Virus record (IMG/VR): IMGVR_UViG_3300009431_000004
Origin: a virus
Length of the DNA stretch: 64,000 bases
Reading direction: 5' to 3' (one strand)
Position numbers and translations under genes: made by a program. Below are positions 17,760 through 26,752 of this stretch, piece after piece. Position 1 is the first letter of the stretch. Each line of letters opens with the position of its first letter. The notes below the pieces were generated by a model, which saw only the letters and a program-made list of their open reading frames with translations, ran no database searches and was not told the DNA's origin.

Positions 17760-18292
17760 CAGCGCGTCCTCTGCCGGAGGAGGTACTGGTGCGTCTCGTG
17801 GGTGTTCGCCATCGCGGCGAGAAAGTCGTTCATCCCCAAGGACAGCTCGCTCCGCGATTCAATCTCCTCGAATATCGCCTTCAGGGCGTCTTGAAGGGCG
17901 TCCTCCATGAACAGCGCCCGCCTGAAAAGGTCGTCCGGCACTGCGTCTGTCGCCATCGCTACGAGCCGGTCCATGAGGTGCGACTGCACGGCAGCGTTGA
18001 CGGCACTGGCACCGTACCCGGACACGAGCTTCTCTGCCAGAGCGTCGATTTCGTCGGTGACTCCACTGTAGAGGCGCTCGAACAGCAGGTGGTCGCCGTA
18101 CTGGGGGTCGCCCTTGGCCTGCCAGTGCGCCGTCCAGTGGCAGAAATGGAGCGCCCGCAGGTAGGCGAGGAGATTCTGTAGCATCTCCTCGGTCGGGACA
18201 TCCTCGCCACTCCACAGCGCGAGCTTCTGTGCCGCGACGCGGCGGGCAGTGTACCGGAGGGCCACTCTTCGTGCTGACTGGGCGATGTCCAT
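17759..18292 (-). CDS. Dps/ferritin-like protein with N-terminal RVAxR leader
   Basis: HWTAHWQAKG...DHLLFERLY...EIDALAEK...HETHQY. Confidence 0.8.
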   Translation of the reverse strand: MDIAQSARRVALRYTARRVAAQKLALWSGEDVPTEEMLQNLLAYLRALHFCHWTAHWQAKGDPQYGDHLLFERLYSGVTDEIDALAEKLVSGYGASAVNAAVQSHLMDRLVAMATDAVPDDLFRRALFMEDALQDALKAIFEEIESRSELSLGMNDFLAAMANTHETHQYLLRQRTR

Positions 18293-18301
18293 CGTCTACT
18301 C

Positions 18302-19852
18302 CTAGTTGGGCTTGTAGATGCCTTTCTTTCGCGCCCACTCCCGCAGTTCAATCTCGAACATCTTGAACTGCGGGCCGTGGTTCATGTGCCGGATATGGGC
18401 CAGCTCGTGCAGCATCGTCGCCATGACGGCGCTGTACTTGCGGAGCTTCATCGGAAAACGCTTCTGCCGGACGTTCAGGGCGATGATGCCGCCCCCTCCC
18501 CGGTTGAACCCCAGCGACCCCTCGGCCACGGACTCCTTGAGCGTCTTGAACTTCAAGCCGAACTCTCGAAGGAGCGGCTGCACCTCCCGCTTCACCTTGG
18601 CGAGGATGGCGGCCACCTCCTCCTTGCCTTCGAGGTCGTACACGGAGAAGCCACCCACGACCGTCCGCGCCCACTCCTTCTTCTGCTGGACCCGCTCGGA
18701 CTTCTGGCCGAGCTTCTTCTTGGCCCAGTTGACCCACTTGGGCAGGTACTTCTTGCGGACGAAGCCACCCTCGGGAGCGTCCTGCCCCCACTTGATGAGG
18801 AGCTTGTTGCCCCGGATGGAGGCTGAGGACCGCATCTTGTCGGAATCGACCTGCGTGACCTTCAAGCCGTCGATGACAGAATCCACGTAGGGGCTGATGG
18901 CCTTGGCCTGCTTGGCCTCGGGATGACGGGAACGCCAATCGGCCATCTGCTTGTCCTGCCAGAGGCGCTTGAGGACAGGGTTGCTGTTCAGCAGTCTTTC
19001 CGCATGGTTGGAAGGCGTCCCCGTTGCGGGCGAGCTGCCCGGTCGAGGATTTCCTTCATGGTACGGGATGTCCGTCTTGAACTGCTCGGGGGTGGCGTCG
19101 AGGACAGCTCCTCTGGGGCTGCGGAGGAACCAGTGGAGGATGCCCTCGTGCAGAACCTCCAACGCCTTGTAGCCAGCCTTCTCCCCGCCCAGCAGGTGAT
19201 AGAGGACCTCGGCGGAAATCCAGCAGCTACCTTTGCAGACCGGCAATGCTTTCTTCACGAGCTGAAGGGTCTTGCGTTCCTCGGATGTCAGCGAGGCGGC
19301 CTGCCGGGCGAGCCAGCGGGCAGCGACACGGGAGGCGGCCTTCGGGGCATCCGCCAAGTCGTACACATCGACTGACTGGTAGAGCCACTCATCCCTTTTT
19401 CTTCCCACCGCCCTCGCCCTGTGGACGGCCAGAACCTCGCCTTTTCGATAGGTCGCGGTGCCGTTGTTGAAGCCCGCTCTCCGCCACCCGGACATCTGAG
19501 GGAAGACACCCCACTTGAAGTCGTTTCCAGACCCTCTGGCGGGGGTGAGCCGGAACCGCCATCTTTTCTGGCCGCTGTCAAAGGAGAAGACTGCCTTGCC
19601 GTTCAGCTTTATCCCCTGCTTCTGAAACGCTTTTTCAATCTCGTCAACGGCCTTCCGCAGCTCGGAGGTGAAGTTGTCCGGCACCGTGAGGGCGGCCTTC
19701 TTCGCATCCGGGCCACTCTTGAACTCGTAATCGGGGTTCATCTTCTTGTAGATGCCCATGATGTAGGCGTAATTCTCGGCTTCGCCCTTCTCCTTGGCGA
19801 TTTCCTTGGCCTTCTCCCACTTCTCTTCGTCACGCTTAGTCTTGACTGGCAT
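18302..19852 (-). CDS. multidomain protein with C-terminal WLM/SprT-like zinc metalloprotease
   Basis: TMLHELAHIRHMNHGPQF (HExxH...H); internal ASRVAARW motif. Confidence 0.75.
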   Translation of the reverse strand: MPVKTKRDEEKWEKAKEIAKEKGEAENYAYIMGIYKKMNPDYEFKSGPDAKKAALTVPDNFTSELRKAVDEIEKAFQKQGIKLNGKAVFSFDSGQKRWRFRLTPARGSGNDFKWGVFPQMSGWRRAGFNNGTATYRKGEVLAVHRARAVGRKRDEWLYQSVDVYDLADAPKAASRVAARWLARQAASLTSEERKTLQLVKKALPVCKGSCWISAEVLYHLLGGEKAGYKALEVLHEGILHWFLRSPRGAVLDATPEQFKTDIPYHEGNPRPGSSPATGTPSNHAERLLNSNPVLKRLWQDKQMADWRSRHPEAKQAKAISPYVDSVIDGLKVTQVDSDKMRSSASIRGNKLLIKWGQDAPEGGFVRKKYLPKWVNWAKKKLGQKSERVQQKKEWARTVVGGFSVYDLEGKEEVAAILAKVKREVQPLLREFGLKFKTLKESVAEGSLGFNRGGGGIIALNVRQKRFPMKLRKYSAVMATMLHELAHIRHMNHGPQFKMFEIELREWARKKGIYKPN

Positions 19853-19860
19853 TGCAACCC

Positions 19861-20535
19861 CTACAGTCTCTTGAGGACCACCGACGCATCGGTGAGGTTC
19901 AAAACGCCCCCGGTATCTTGCAAGGCCACTACCTTCAACCGCGCCCCGGAAGCGTAGTGCCGGACTCCGCTCTGAAGGACCAAGGCGGGGTTCACCGGGT
20001 CGAAGGCTGGTACATACCAGCCCGCCCAGTCATCCGAGTACGACTTGAAGGTGCCTATCTGCTCGACGAAGAATCGCCAGTCCGCCCCAACGGGCCAGTC
20101 CGGGCCGAACAGGAACGCTCGATATGTGCCAGCGGCGCTGGGGGCGAAAGTGAGGGCCACCGACACAACGTACTGACCTGTTGTCGGCACGACAAGATGC
20201 GGGACAGAATATGGGATGCCGCCGTCAACATCCGATGTCGGCAGAGGCACATCGGTCGGGGTGGCATCCGGGAGGGCCAAGACTCCACTGAACGACCGGG
20301 AGGCGTTTTCCAGCACCGGACCTCCAAGTAGCTCATCAGTCAGGAACCCTTGGGCGATGAAGCCCCTGATGGTTCCGTCCACATAGGACTTGGCGACCTG
20401 AGTCGTGTAGTTGAGGTCGATGGTGCCGTTGACAGCCACGTAAACCGGGCCAGCGTTGGCGTTCTGAAGGTCCGCCAGAAACAGGGCGGTTGCCACTAAG
20501 CCGGTGTGAGTCAGTCGTAAAGTGAGGGCTGCCAT
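19861..20535 (-). CDS. putative virion protein with beta-rich (C1q-like) C-terminus
   Basis: VPTTGQYVVSVALTF pattern; class-III motif upstream. Confidence 0.55.
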   Translation of the reverse strand: MAALTLRLTHTGLVATALFLADLQNANAGPVYVAVNGTIDLNYTTQVAKSYVDGTIRGFIAQGFLTDELLGGPVLENASRSFSGVLALPDATPTDVPLPTSDVDGGIPYSVPHLVVPTTGQYVVSVALTFAPSAAGTYRAFLFGPDWPVGADWRFFVEQIGTFKSYSDDWAGWYVPAFDPVNPALVLQSGVRHYASGARLKVVALQDTGGVLNLTDASVVLKRL

Positions 20536-20592
20536 GTGCCCCTTCCGACATGGGCAGACACGCCTGCCCACCATTCTTGCTTATCGGAGGGT

Positions 20593-20604
20593 ATAGAAGG
20601 GCTA
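20593..20604 (-). promoter_or_regulatory. class-III (late-like) motif
   Basis: TAG-CCCTT-CTAT. Confidence 0.55.
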
Positions 20605-20925
20605 CCGTCGGAAGGGGTGTCGGCCTCGGGCCATGTCACGCATGATTCGACGCGGGTGGTGGGGTTTGTTGCGGTGGGCCAGCATCTCCATGTGGCTCAC
20701 CATGCGAAGCCAGAGCTGGTAATCCCCCATGTCCACGGAGCCACCTTCCTGCGCTATCCGGCGCAGTTCGGCGGGGTCCGGGACAGTTCGGCGGTCGCGG
20801 CCACCGGGGAGCAGTTGGGTCAGCTCCAAGTCGTCTGCGGGGGACCAGCCGTGCCGTCGGGCGCACTGTAGCGTCTCGATTCGGACAGCCAGTTGTTGCA
20901 GGTGCAGGGGATTCAACATCGTCAT
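20602..20925 (-). CDS. hypothetical protein
   Basis: AGGAGGAG RBS; class-I motif upstream. Confidence 0.65.
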   Translation of the reverse strand: MTMLNPLHLQQLAVRIETLQCARRHGWSPADDLELTQLLPGGRDRRTVPDPAELRRIAQEGGSVDMGDYQLWLRMVSHMEMLAHRNKPHHPRRIMRDMARGRHPFRR

Positions 20926-20940
20926 CTCCTCCTACGTACA

Positions 20941-20968
20941 CTACTCGGAGAAGACGGCTCTAAGCCCC
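20941..20968 (-). promoter_or_regulatory. class-I promoter-like motif
   Basis: GGGGCTTAG-N13-GAGTAG. Confidence 0.8.
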
Positions 20969-20971
20969 CAT

Positions 20972-21970
20972 TTATCCGTCGCCATTCTTGGGTTTGTCGA
21001 TGAACCAGCCGGTGTCCTCGGCGCGGGCGTCGCCACCGTCGAAGTCGAAGAACTCGTTGAGGACATCGGCCTGTGCGTCGGAGACGGCCTCGGGTTCGGG
21101 GGTGTCGTAGGAAACGGGGAACGCATCTTCCAGTTGCCCGTCCAGCTCTCGCAGGAAGTCGTGGCCCCAAGGACCGTTCTCCAACGAGTTGGTGAGCGAC
21201 TTGGGGAGATTGTTCTCGATGTCAGGGTGCAGGGAGGCAGCGGCCATTGCGATGCCTGCAACGCCGTCTACGTCGCCCGAGAAGGCGACCGCCGCCTTGA
21301 GGATGGTGGAGAGCTTGAAACCGCTCTGGATGGCTGTGAGGGCCGCCCTGACGGCACTTACGCCCTTGCCGTTGACATGACCCTGCCACGGAGTCTCCCA
21401 CGGGTATCCGGGCAGTTGCTCGGTCAGGAGCGGGGCGATGCAGTCGAGGTCGAAGCCGTGGCGGCACGCCCAGACCATGAGGGCGCTGGCCGCAGCAGAG
21501 GCCATGCCGTCCTTGGTCGCGTGGGTCAGGCTGGCTTGCCACATGGCCGTGTCGATGACTTCCTGCTCCCTCCCCAAGAAGCCGCAGACCACGGCCCTTT
21601 CCGCTGCCCCGGACTTGTCGCTGTGTGGTTCGATGAGCTTCAGGAACTCCTCGCCGCCTCTGTCAGGGTCAATCATGGTCAGGAACTCATGAAAGCCCTT
21701 GGCGTAGCCCACGCGAGGGTTGGCCTTGAATGTGTCCACGAGGCAGTCAGCCCACGCCAGAGGCGTCCGGGCTGCGTCGGACAGAAGCAAATGAGCCAGT
21801 GCAACCGCCATCTGCACGCCGTCGGTGTACTGGCCCGGCAGCAGCTCGGTATGGGACGGGTGCTGCCGGTACTTCAGGTCGTTGTTCAACTTCACGACAC
21901 CCGGAGCGACGTACTCGAAGCACGCCCCGTAGCTGTCCCCGAGGGCCATGGAAACCAGCATCCCCATCAT
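20972..21970 (-). CDS. ADP-ribosylglycohydrolase (DraG/ARH family)
   Basis: ALGDSYG, GQYTDGVQM, SGAAER, ASLTH, GDVDGVA. Confidence 0.88.
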   Translation of the reverse strand: MMGMLVSMALGDSYGACFEYVAPGVVKLNNDLKYRQHPSHTELLPGQYTDGVQMAVALAHLLLSDAARTPLAWADCLVDTFKANPRVGYAKGFHEFLTMIDPDRGGEEFLKLIEPHSDKSGAAERAVVCGFLGREQEVIDTAMWQASLTHATKDGMASAAASALMVWACRHGFDLDCIAPLLTEQLPGYPWETPWQGHVNGKGVSAVRAALTAIQSGFKLSTILKAAVAFSGDVDGVAGIAMAAASLHPDIENNLPKSLTNSLENGPWGHDFLRELDGQLEDAFPVSYDTPEPEAVSDAQADVLNEFFDFDGGDARAEDTGWFIDKPKNGDG

Positions 21971-22542
21971 GCCCTCCTATGGGCCGTGACGGCCTCGCAG
22001 AGTTCGAGGAATCGGGCCATGGAGAATCGGCCTTTCATCCAGTTGATGTCTTTGTGGACCCACTGGACGTTCCCTAAGACATACCCCTTGTCGTTGTCGA
22101 TACGATCCAAGGATGCGGACTCCGCGTTGGGGCCTCTCTCCTTGGGGGTCGTCAAGGAGAGAGGCAGCCCGGTGAGGGCGCACTTCCCCAACTGGCCCTC
22201 GAACAACTCCCATACTTGAGCCTTCGTGAGCCGGAAGGGCAGTTCCCGGTTTCGGGCATGGGCTTTGATGTGGCTCCACAACCTCCCGCTGATGCCGCCG
22301 TGGCCGGTCCAGCTCGGGTGTTCCGACCCCTTCCTGCTTTTCAAACATCCGCACGAACTTGTATGGCCGGTGATGAGATTGGACCGGACAACTCGAACGA
22401 GCTGGCCGCAGTCGCAACGGCAGGAGTAGAAGTAGGTGTACCGCCGCTTGTACGGCTCACGTCCGTCGTACCCTTCAACCACGAGCTGACCGAACCGCTC
22501 TCCTACGATGTCTGTCGGACCATGGAACGGGCGTCTTGCCAC
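21967..22542 (-). CDS. free-standing HNH-type homing endonuclease
   Basis: RFGQLVV...CRCDCG...TSSCGC N-domain; KCALTG...SLDRIDNDKGYVLGNVQWVHKDINWMK; GTG start after GGAGGAG. Confidence 0.85.
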   Translation of the reverse strand: MARRPFHGPTDIVGERFGQLVVEGYDGREPYKRRYTYFYSCRCDCGQLVRVVRSNLITGHTSSCGCLKSRKGSEHPSWTGHGGISGRLWSHIKAHARNRELPFRLTKAQVWELFEGQLGKCALTGLPLSLTTPKERGPNAESASLDRIDNDKGYVLGNVQWVHKDINWMKGRFSMARFLELCEAVTAHRRA

Positions 22543-22615
22543 GCGATACTCCTCCGTAGGGGGTTGCAGTCCCCCACAGAGTATCACAGGCAGGAGCATC
22601 CCGCAAGCTCCCATT

Positions 22616-23281
22616 TCAACCAGCATCCGGGCCTCCTCCCTTCCGAGCTTCCGAAAGGTGGTAGAGCAATTCGTACTGGCAGAGCAGCAGGATTTTCAGG
22701 TTCTCGTAGGCTGCATACTGCCGGGGGAAGCGGTGTCTGGCTTCCTTAATCATGGGCATGAACCACTTTTTCAGCTCAGTGGCGTAGGCTTCCTGCTTCT
22801 CCGGGGTGAACACGCCTTGCATGGTGTGGAGGTTGTGCGCCCGGTCGCAGAGCTTGGTGATGGAAGCGATGGGACAACGAGCCAGTTCCGCGAAGTAGGA
22901 TTCGGTGGACTTGGAGGTGCCGCCGTGCTTCTTGGACATCTTCCAGACGGCGCTGGCCACTTCGTGGCCGAACTGGTCTTCGAGCATCGCTCTGGTGACG
23001 GCCTCCGCGTGGTCTTCCAGCACGTCGTGGAGGAAGGACACCGTGATGCACTCCTCGGGGAATTGCAGATGCGGCAGCAGTGTCGCTGCCAGACGCGCCA
23101 CTTGGAGCTGATGATGGAAGCGGGGCGTTTCGCCGTCCTTGCGGACCTTGCCGACTTCGAGGCGGCAGGCGAACTCCAACGCCTCAAGGGCGCAGTAGTA
23201 TTTCATCCCGTCAAGCATCCCACGCATGTACGTGAGCTGCTTCGCATGATGTCGCTCCATGTTGTCCAGCACGCTCTCCAT
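22616..23281 (-). CDS. HD-domain (p)ppGpp hydrolase-like protein (Mesh1/SpoT small alarmone hydrolase)
   Basis: RKDGETP-x-F-x-H, LHDVLED, KLCDRAHNL. Confidence 0.85.
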   Translation of the reverse strand: MESVLDNMERHHAKQLTYMRGMLDGMKYYCALEALEFACRLEVGKVRKDGETPRFHHQLQVARLAATLLPHLQFPEECITVSFLHDVLEDHAEAVTRAMLEDQFGHEVASAVWKMSKKHGGTSKSTESYFAELARCPIASITKLCDRAHNLHTMQGVFTPEKQEAYATELKKWFMPMIKEARHRFPRQYAAYENLKILLLCQYELLYHLSEARKGGGPDAG

Positions 23282-23302
23282 ACCGAATCTCCACCTCTTA
23301 TA

Positions 23303-23330
23303 CTACTCGGTGGAGGCGGCTCTAAGCCCC
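23303..23330 (-). promoter_or_regulatory. class-I promoter-like motif
   Basis: GGGGCTTAG-N13-GAGTAG. Confidence 0.8.
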
Positions 23331-24521
23331 CTACCGGAGCAGCGCAGTGAGAATCATGCCGGTGTTGGCCCAGTCCACGTTGTCCGGGCCGATGAGTTCC
23401 CGCACCGTGGTCATCTCGACGTAGGTCTTTTCGGTGTCTTCCGTGACCCCGTGGGTCTTGCCGGAGCCAACCTCGTCCCGGATGGTCTTCATCTCCTCGG
23501 CGGTCAGCTCGACCGTGAAGACGTGGCCGAAGTGGGAGGACAGGGTGCCGGTCACTTGACGGGCGTCCACGAACTTGAAGCGGTTGGCATCGACCTTGAG
23601 GCCCGTCTCTTCGTGCAGCTCCTCGGAGGCGACCACCAGCGCGTTTTCTCCGGGCTTCCACGAGGAGCCGCCGGGCAGCTCCCGGATGAACCCGTCGGGG
23701 GTCACTGCGGGCGACCGGAACTCGCGGACGAGGACGATGGGGGTGTCCATGAAGGCGTTGTGCGGCGCACATGCGTCGTCGTCTTCGGCACGGATGGGCT
23801 GATAGGCCACGATGGTCGAGATGTCCGGGCGGCCCAGCACGACCTCGTTGGTCTTGTGACGGTCCTCCTCCTTGATGTAGACATCGACGTGCAGCGCCCA
23901 GAAGAATACGAAGGTCTTTTCCGGCCCGACCCGGAAGGTCCAGACCACCTTGGCCCCTTCGAGCCTGTTCCCGGCCCCTTCCTGCGCCTTCAGCCACGCC
24001 TGAAAGCTCGGCGTGTTCCAGATGTAGAGGGGGACTTCGCGCTGGCCTCCGGCCCGGAGCGACCCGGCCCCGAGGGAGTTGACCACCCAGCCCAGCATCG
24101 AGGGCAGCGAGTGGAAGCTCGGGACTTTCTCCATGTCCGCGAGGTGCTGAAGGTAACGCATGGAGGGAGCATCTTCCGGGTAGCCGAGGACGCACTTGCC
24201 GGTCCCGTTCCACATCCCGAACTCGGTGTTGGTGGACAGGGCCGGGAGCTTCTCCTTGTCACGCGGAACCCAGAACACGATGAGGTCCGCCATGTTCAGG
24301 TGCTTGGCTTCCCAATCCACTTGGTCGGAGTACGTCTTGGGCCATTTCCCGTCACGCGGGATGGGGACGAAGACCACGCCGTCGTAGCCCAGTTCTTCCA
24401 GAATCTTGAGGGCTTCTGGCCGCCAGTTGGGATGGTCCTTGTCTCGCGGCGACGGCCCTGCGAGAAAGAGGCTCTTGGTCATGAATTCGGGGGCGTTCTC
24501 TTGCGAGTAAATGACGTGCAT
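23331..24521 (-). CDS. nucleoside 2-deoxyribosyltransferase-like domain fused to NUDIX hydrolase
   Basis: SLFLAGP...WR...QVDWE...ADLIVFW...TNTEFG; NUDIX box ELPGGS...EELHEETGL. Confidence 0.85.
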   Translation of the reverse strand: MHVIYSQENAPEFMTKSLFLAGPSPRDKDHPNWRPEALKILEELGYDGVVFVPIPRDGKWPKTYSDQVDWEAKHLNMADLIVFWVPRDKEKLPALSTNTEFGMWNGTGKCVLGYPEDAPSMRYLQHLADMEKVPSFHSLPSMLGWVVNSLGAGSLRAGGQREVPLYIWNTPSFQAWLKAQEGAGNRLEGAKVVWTFRVGPEKTFVFFWALHVDVYIKEEDRHKTNEVVLGRPDISTIVAYQPIRAEDDDACAPHNAFMDTPIVLVREFRSPAVTPDGFIRELPGGSSWKPGENALVVASEELHEETGLKVDANRFKFVDARQVTGTLSSHFGHVFTVELTAEEMKTIRDEVGSGKTHGVTEDTEKTYVEMTTVRELIGPDNVDWANTGMILTALLR

Positions 24522-24542
24522 GGCATACCTCCATGCGTCACT

Positions 24543-25640
24543 TTACCCGCCCCAATCATCTTTTTCTTCCTCGAAGCGGTGTTCACGACCCCGTGCGTTT
24601 ACGATGGCCCCCATGTCCCGGTAGACAGGAGCGGTCCACTTCAGCACTTGCTTGTCGCCCTTCACCCGGTTGCCGTCTGCATCGGTGCGCGGGCCGGTCC
24701 AGTAGTTGTGCCAGTGTCCCTTGCGGAACCGCCAGTTGCCCCTCTTGGATGTCTTCGCGCCGCTGCCCTTGGGGAGTGGCTTCGTCTCGATGGCCTTGCC
24801 AATCCAGACGATGGTCGCTTCGGTGAACGCAGCGAGAGTCTTCTTGAGCTGCGCCTTGGCCCGTTCCCGCTTCTTGCCCTGCTTGTGCTTCTCCATCGCG
24901 GCCCGGTGCTTCTTGAGGGCGGCCTGACGAGCTTGCTCGTCCGGGTCGTACTTCGCCTGTTCGGCCTTGAGGCTGCTGAGGTACAGGATGAGATTGATGG
25001 CCGTTCGGACGATGGACCGGGCATCCTGCTCCGCCTGCCGGTGGTCGTCCCCGGCCAATTCCAACAAAGGGTCCGAGTTGTCCCTCTCCGGGTTTGCAAA
25101 CTGGTTCTCGCTGAACGTCTCGAAGTCCAACAGGGCCGTTCCATCCGGCGCTTTCGTCTGTGGCACCATGTCGAAGGGGATAGACATCCAGAGGGAGGCG
25201 TCATCCTCCGGGAACCGGGCCTTCTCGTTGGGCATCCCCCACGCGGCGACCATGAACTCGTCGCCCCGTTCGTAGAGGTAGAAGCCCGTGACCTTGTGCA
25301 TCCCGGTCACGCTGCCGCCGAAAATTTCCCACTTGCACTCGGGGAGGGCTACGTAGATGCAGGTGTGCGGGGACTTCAGGAAGTCGAGGGGAACCTTCGA
25401 GCAGTCGGTGTCCGCGAACATCTGTTGGAGCCGGGGACCGATGCAGTAGACCTGCTGGCCGCACTCCGCGTAGGTCAGGGAACATTGCAGGAAGACGCCA
25501 TCCGAAGGAGCCAGCAGCCGCGAGGTCTTGACCTCTTGGTTGAACAGCCGGGCATCCCCGGCAAGGGCAGTGGAGAGCGTGGTCCTCCACCGGGGGTTGA
25601 CCCCCATCATGTGGTCGTAATGTAGGACGGGTCGTTTCAT
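24543..25640 (-). CDS. phage hypothetical protein with C-terminal RKGHW motif
   Basis: AGGAGG RBS; class-I motif upstream. Confidence 0.8.
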   Translation of the reverse strand: MKRPVLHYDHMMGVNPRWRTTLSTALAGDARLFNQEVKTSRLLAPSDGVFLQCSLTYAECGQQVYCIGPRLQQMFADTDCSKVPLDFLKSPHTCIYVALPECKWEIFGGSVTGMHKVTGFYLYERGDEFMVAAWGMPNEKARFPEDDASLWMSIPFDMVPQTKAPDGTALLDFETFSENQFANPERDNSDPLLELAGDDHRQAEQDARSIVRTAINLILYLSSLKAEQAKYDPDEQARQAALKKHRAAMEKHKQGKKRERAKAQLKKTLAAFTEATIVWIGKAIETKPLPKGSGAKTSKRGNWRFRKGHWHNYWTGPRTDADGNRVKGDKQVLKWTAPVYRDMGAIVNARGREHRFEEEKDDWGG

Positions 25641-25656
25641 CGGACCTCCTGCCTCT

Positions 25657-25684
25657 CTACTCTTTCAGAGGGGGTCTAAGCCCC
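25657..25684 (-). promoter_or_regulatory. class-I promoter-like motif
   Basis: GGGGCTTAG-N13-GAGTAG. Confidence 0.8.
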
Positions 25685-25722
25685 CTCTCCGGCGGGTAGG
25701 GTAGATGGGACAGGAGGTGCCT

Positions 25723-26439
25723 GTGAAGAAAGTCATCATCGTCGAGGGACTCATCAGCGGGGGCAAGACCACGCTGACAAAAGAGCTGGGAGCGGCGCTG
25801 GGGGACACGACCCTCATCCTCATCGAGCCGGACGAGAAGGAGGATGCCAACCCCTACCTTTCCGACTACTATGGCTCCCCGGAACGGTGGTCCTTCACGA
25901 TGCAGTGTCACCTGCTGGCCGTCCGTTACCGGATGCACCTCCACGCCCAATGGCACGCCATGGAAGGCCGGGGTCACTCGGTTCTAGACCGCTCCTACTT
26001 CGGGGACACAGCCTTTGCCCGCCTTCAGCTCGCCCTCGGGTTGATGCCTCCACGAGAATTCGACACTTACGCCCGGCTCTACCACGCCATGACGGCTACG
26101 GTCCTGCTGCCTACGGTGTGCCTGCGGGTTCTGGTGTCGCCGGAGGTGGCAGCCCAGCGCATCGTCAAGCGGCAGGAGAAGCAGACAGGCCGCAAGTGCG
26201 AGAGCGCCATCGACCTCGACTACCTGCGCGGCCTCGACCGCGAGATAGACCACATGGTCAACGTCCTGCGCCAGCAAGGCGTCACCGTGCTGGACGTGCC
26301 TTGGGACGAGGACCGGGACTCCCCTGAAACGCGCCAGTCAGCCGTTGAAGGACTGGCCTCCCGCATCAAGGGATTGGAGCCGACGGACCTGTTCCTCGAC
26401 ATGCACCGACGGGCCGTCACAACCCCCTCTGAACCATAG
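25723..26439 (+). CDS. deoxynucleoside kinase (dNK family)
   Basis: EGLISGGKTT, NPYL-x-DYY, DRSYFGD-x-x-FA, R-x-x-E...YL. Confidence 0.9.
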   Translation: MKKVIIVEGLISGGKTTLTKELGAALGDTTLILIEPDEKEDANPYLSDYYGSPERWSFTMQCHLLAVRYRMHLHAQWHAMEGRGHSVLDRSYFGDTAFARLQLALGLMPPREFDTYARLYHAMTATVLLPTVCLRVLVSPEVAAQRIVKRQEKQTGRKCESAIDLDYLRGLDREIDHMVNVLRQQGVTVLDVPWDEDRDSPETRQSAVEGLASRIKGLEPTDLFLDMHRRAVTTPSEP

Positions 26440-26752
26440 GGGTTTTCAACCTCCCGATTGTAGAGAATTTTCTCGGGAACTTGACAAGAATGGTACTAGA
26501 AAACCGATTCGGCGCTTTCTGGGCCGAGTCTGGCTGCAAAGTTGTCCTCTGGAAAGTTTGCCAGCCCTTAGACAAAACTTTCAGGTGATTCTTTCGCCCG
26601 CCCTAAGCTATTGACCGTATTGAGATTTCATTGGCTGATAGGTTTCAGGAAATCTGACCGCAGGGGGGTCCTCTCCAACTCCTCTGGTTTTTCGTCGAAA
26701 TGCGGAAATCAGGCCAAATCGTCCTTCGAGCAACGGGGGGGTTATCCACCCC
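26440..26752. other. AT-richer non-coding gap between convergent genes
   Basis: About 310 bp without a credible ORF; phased A/T tracts. Confidence 0.55.

Noticed and set aside
23259-25625. 788-aa plus-strand ORF, and similar long ORFs at 10484..12058, 37723..40242, 41707..44439 and 49351..51369
   Set aside because: These are antisense shadows of real genes. High-GC codon bias leaves the opposite strand stop-poor, and they have no motifs or RBS.
26481-26510. sigma-70 promoter from TTGACA
   Set aside because: There is no acceptable -10 at 16-18 nt and no downstream gene on that strand.
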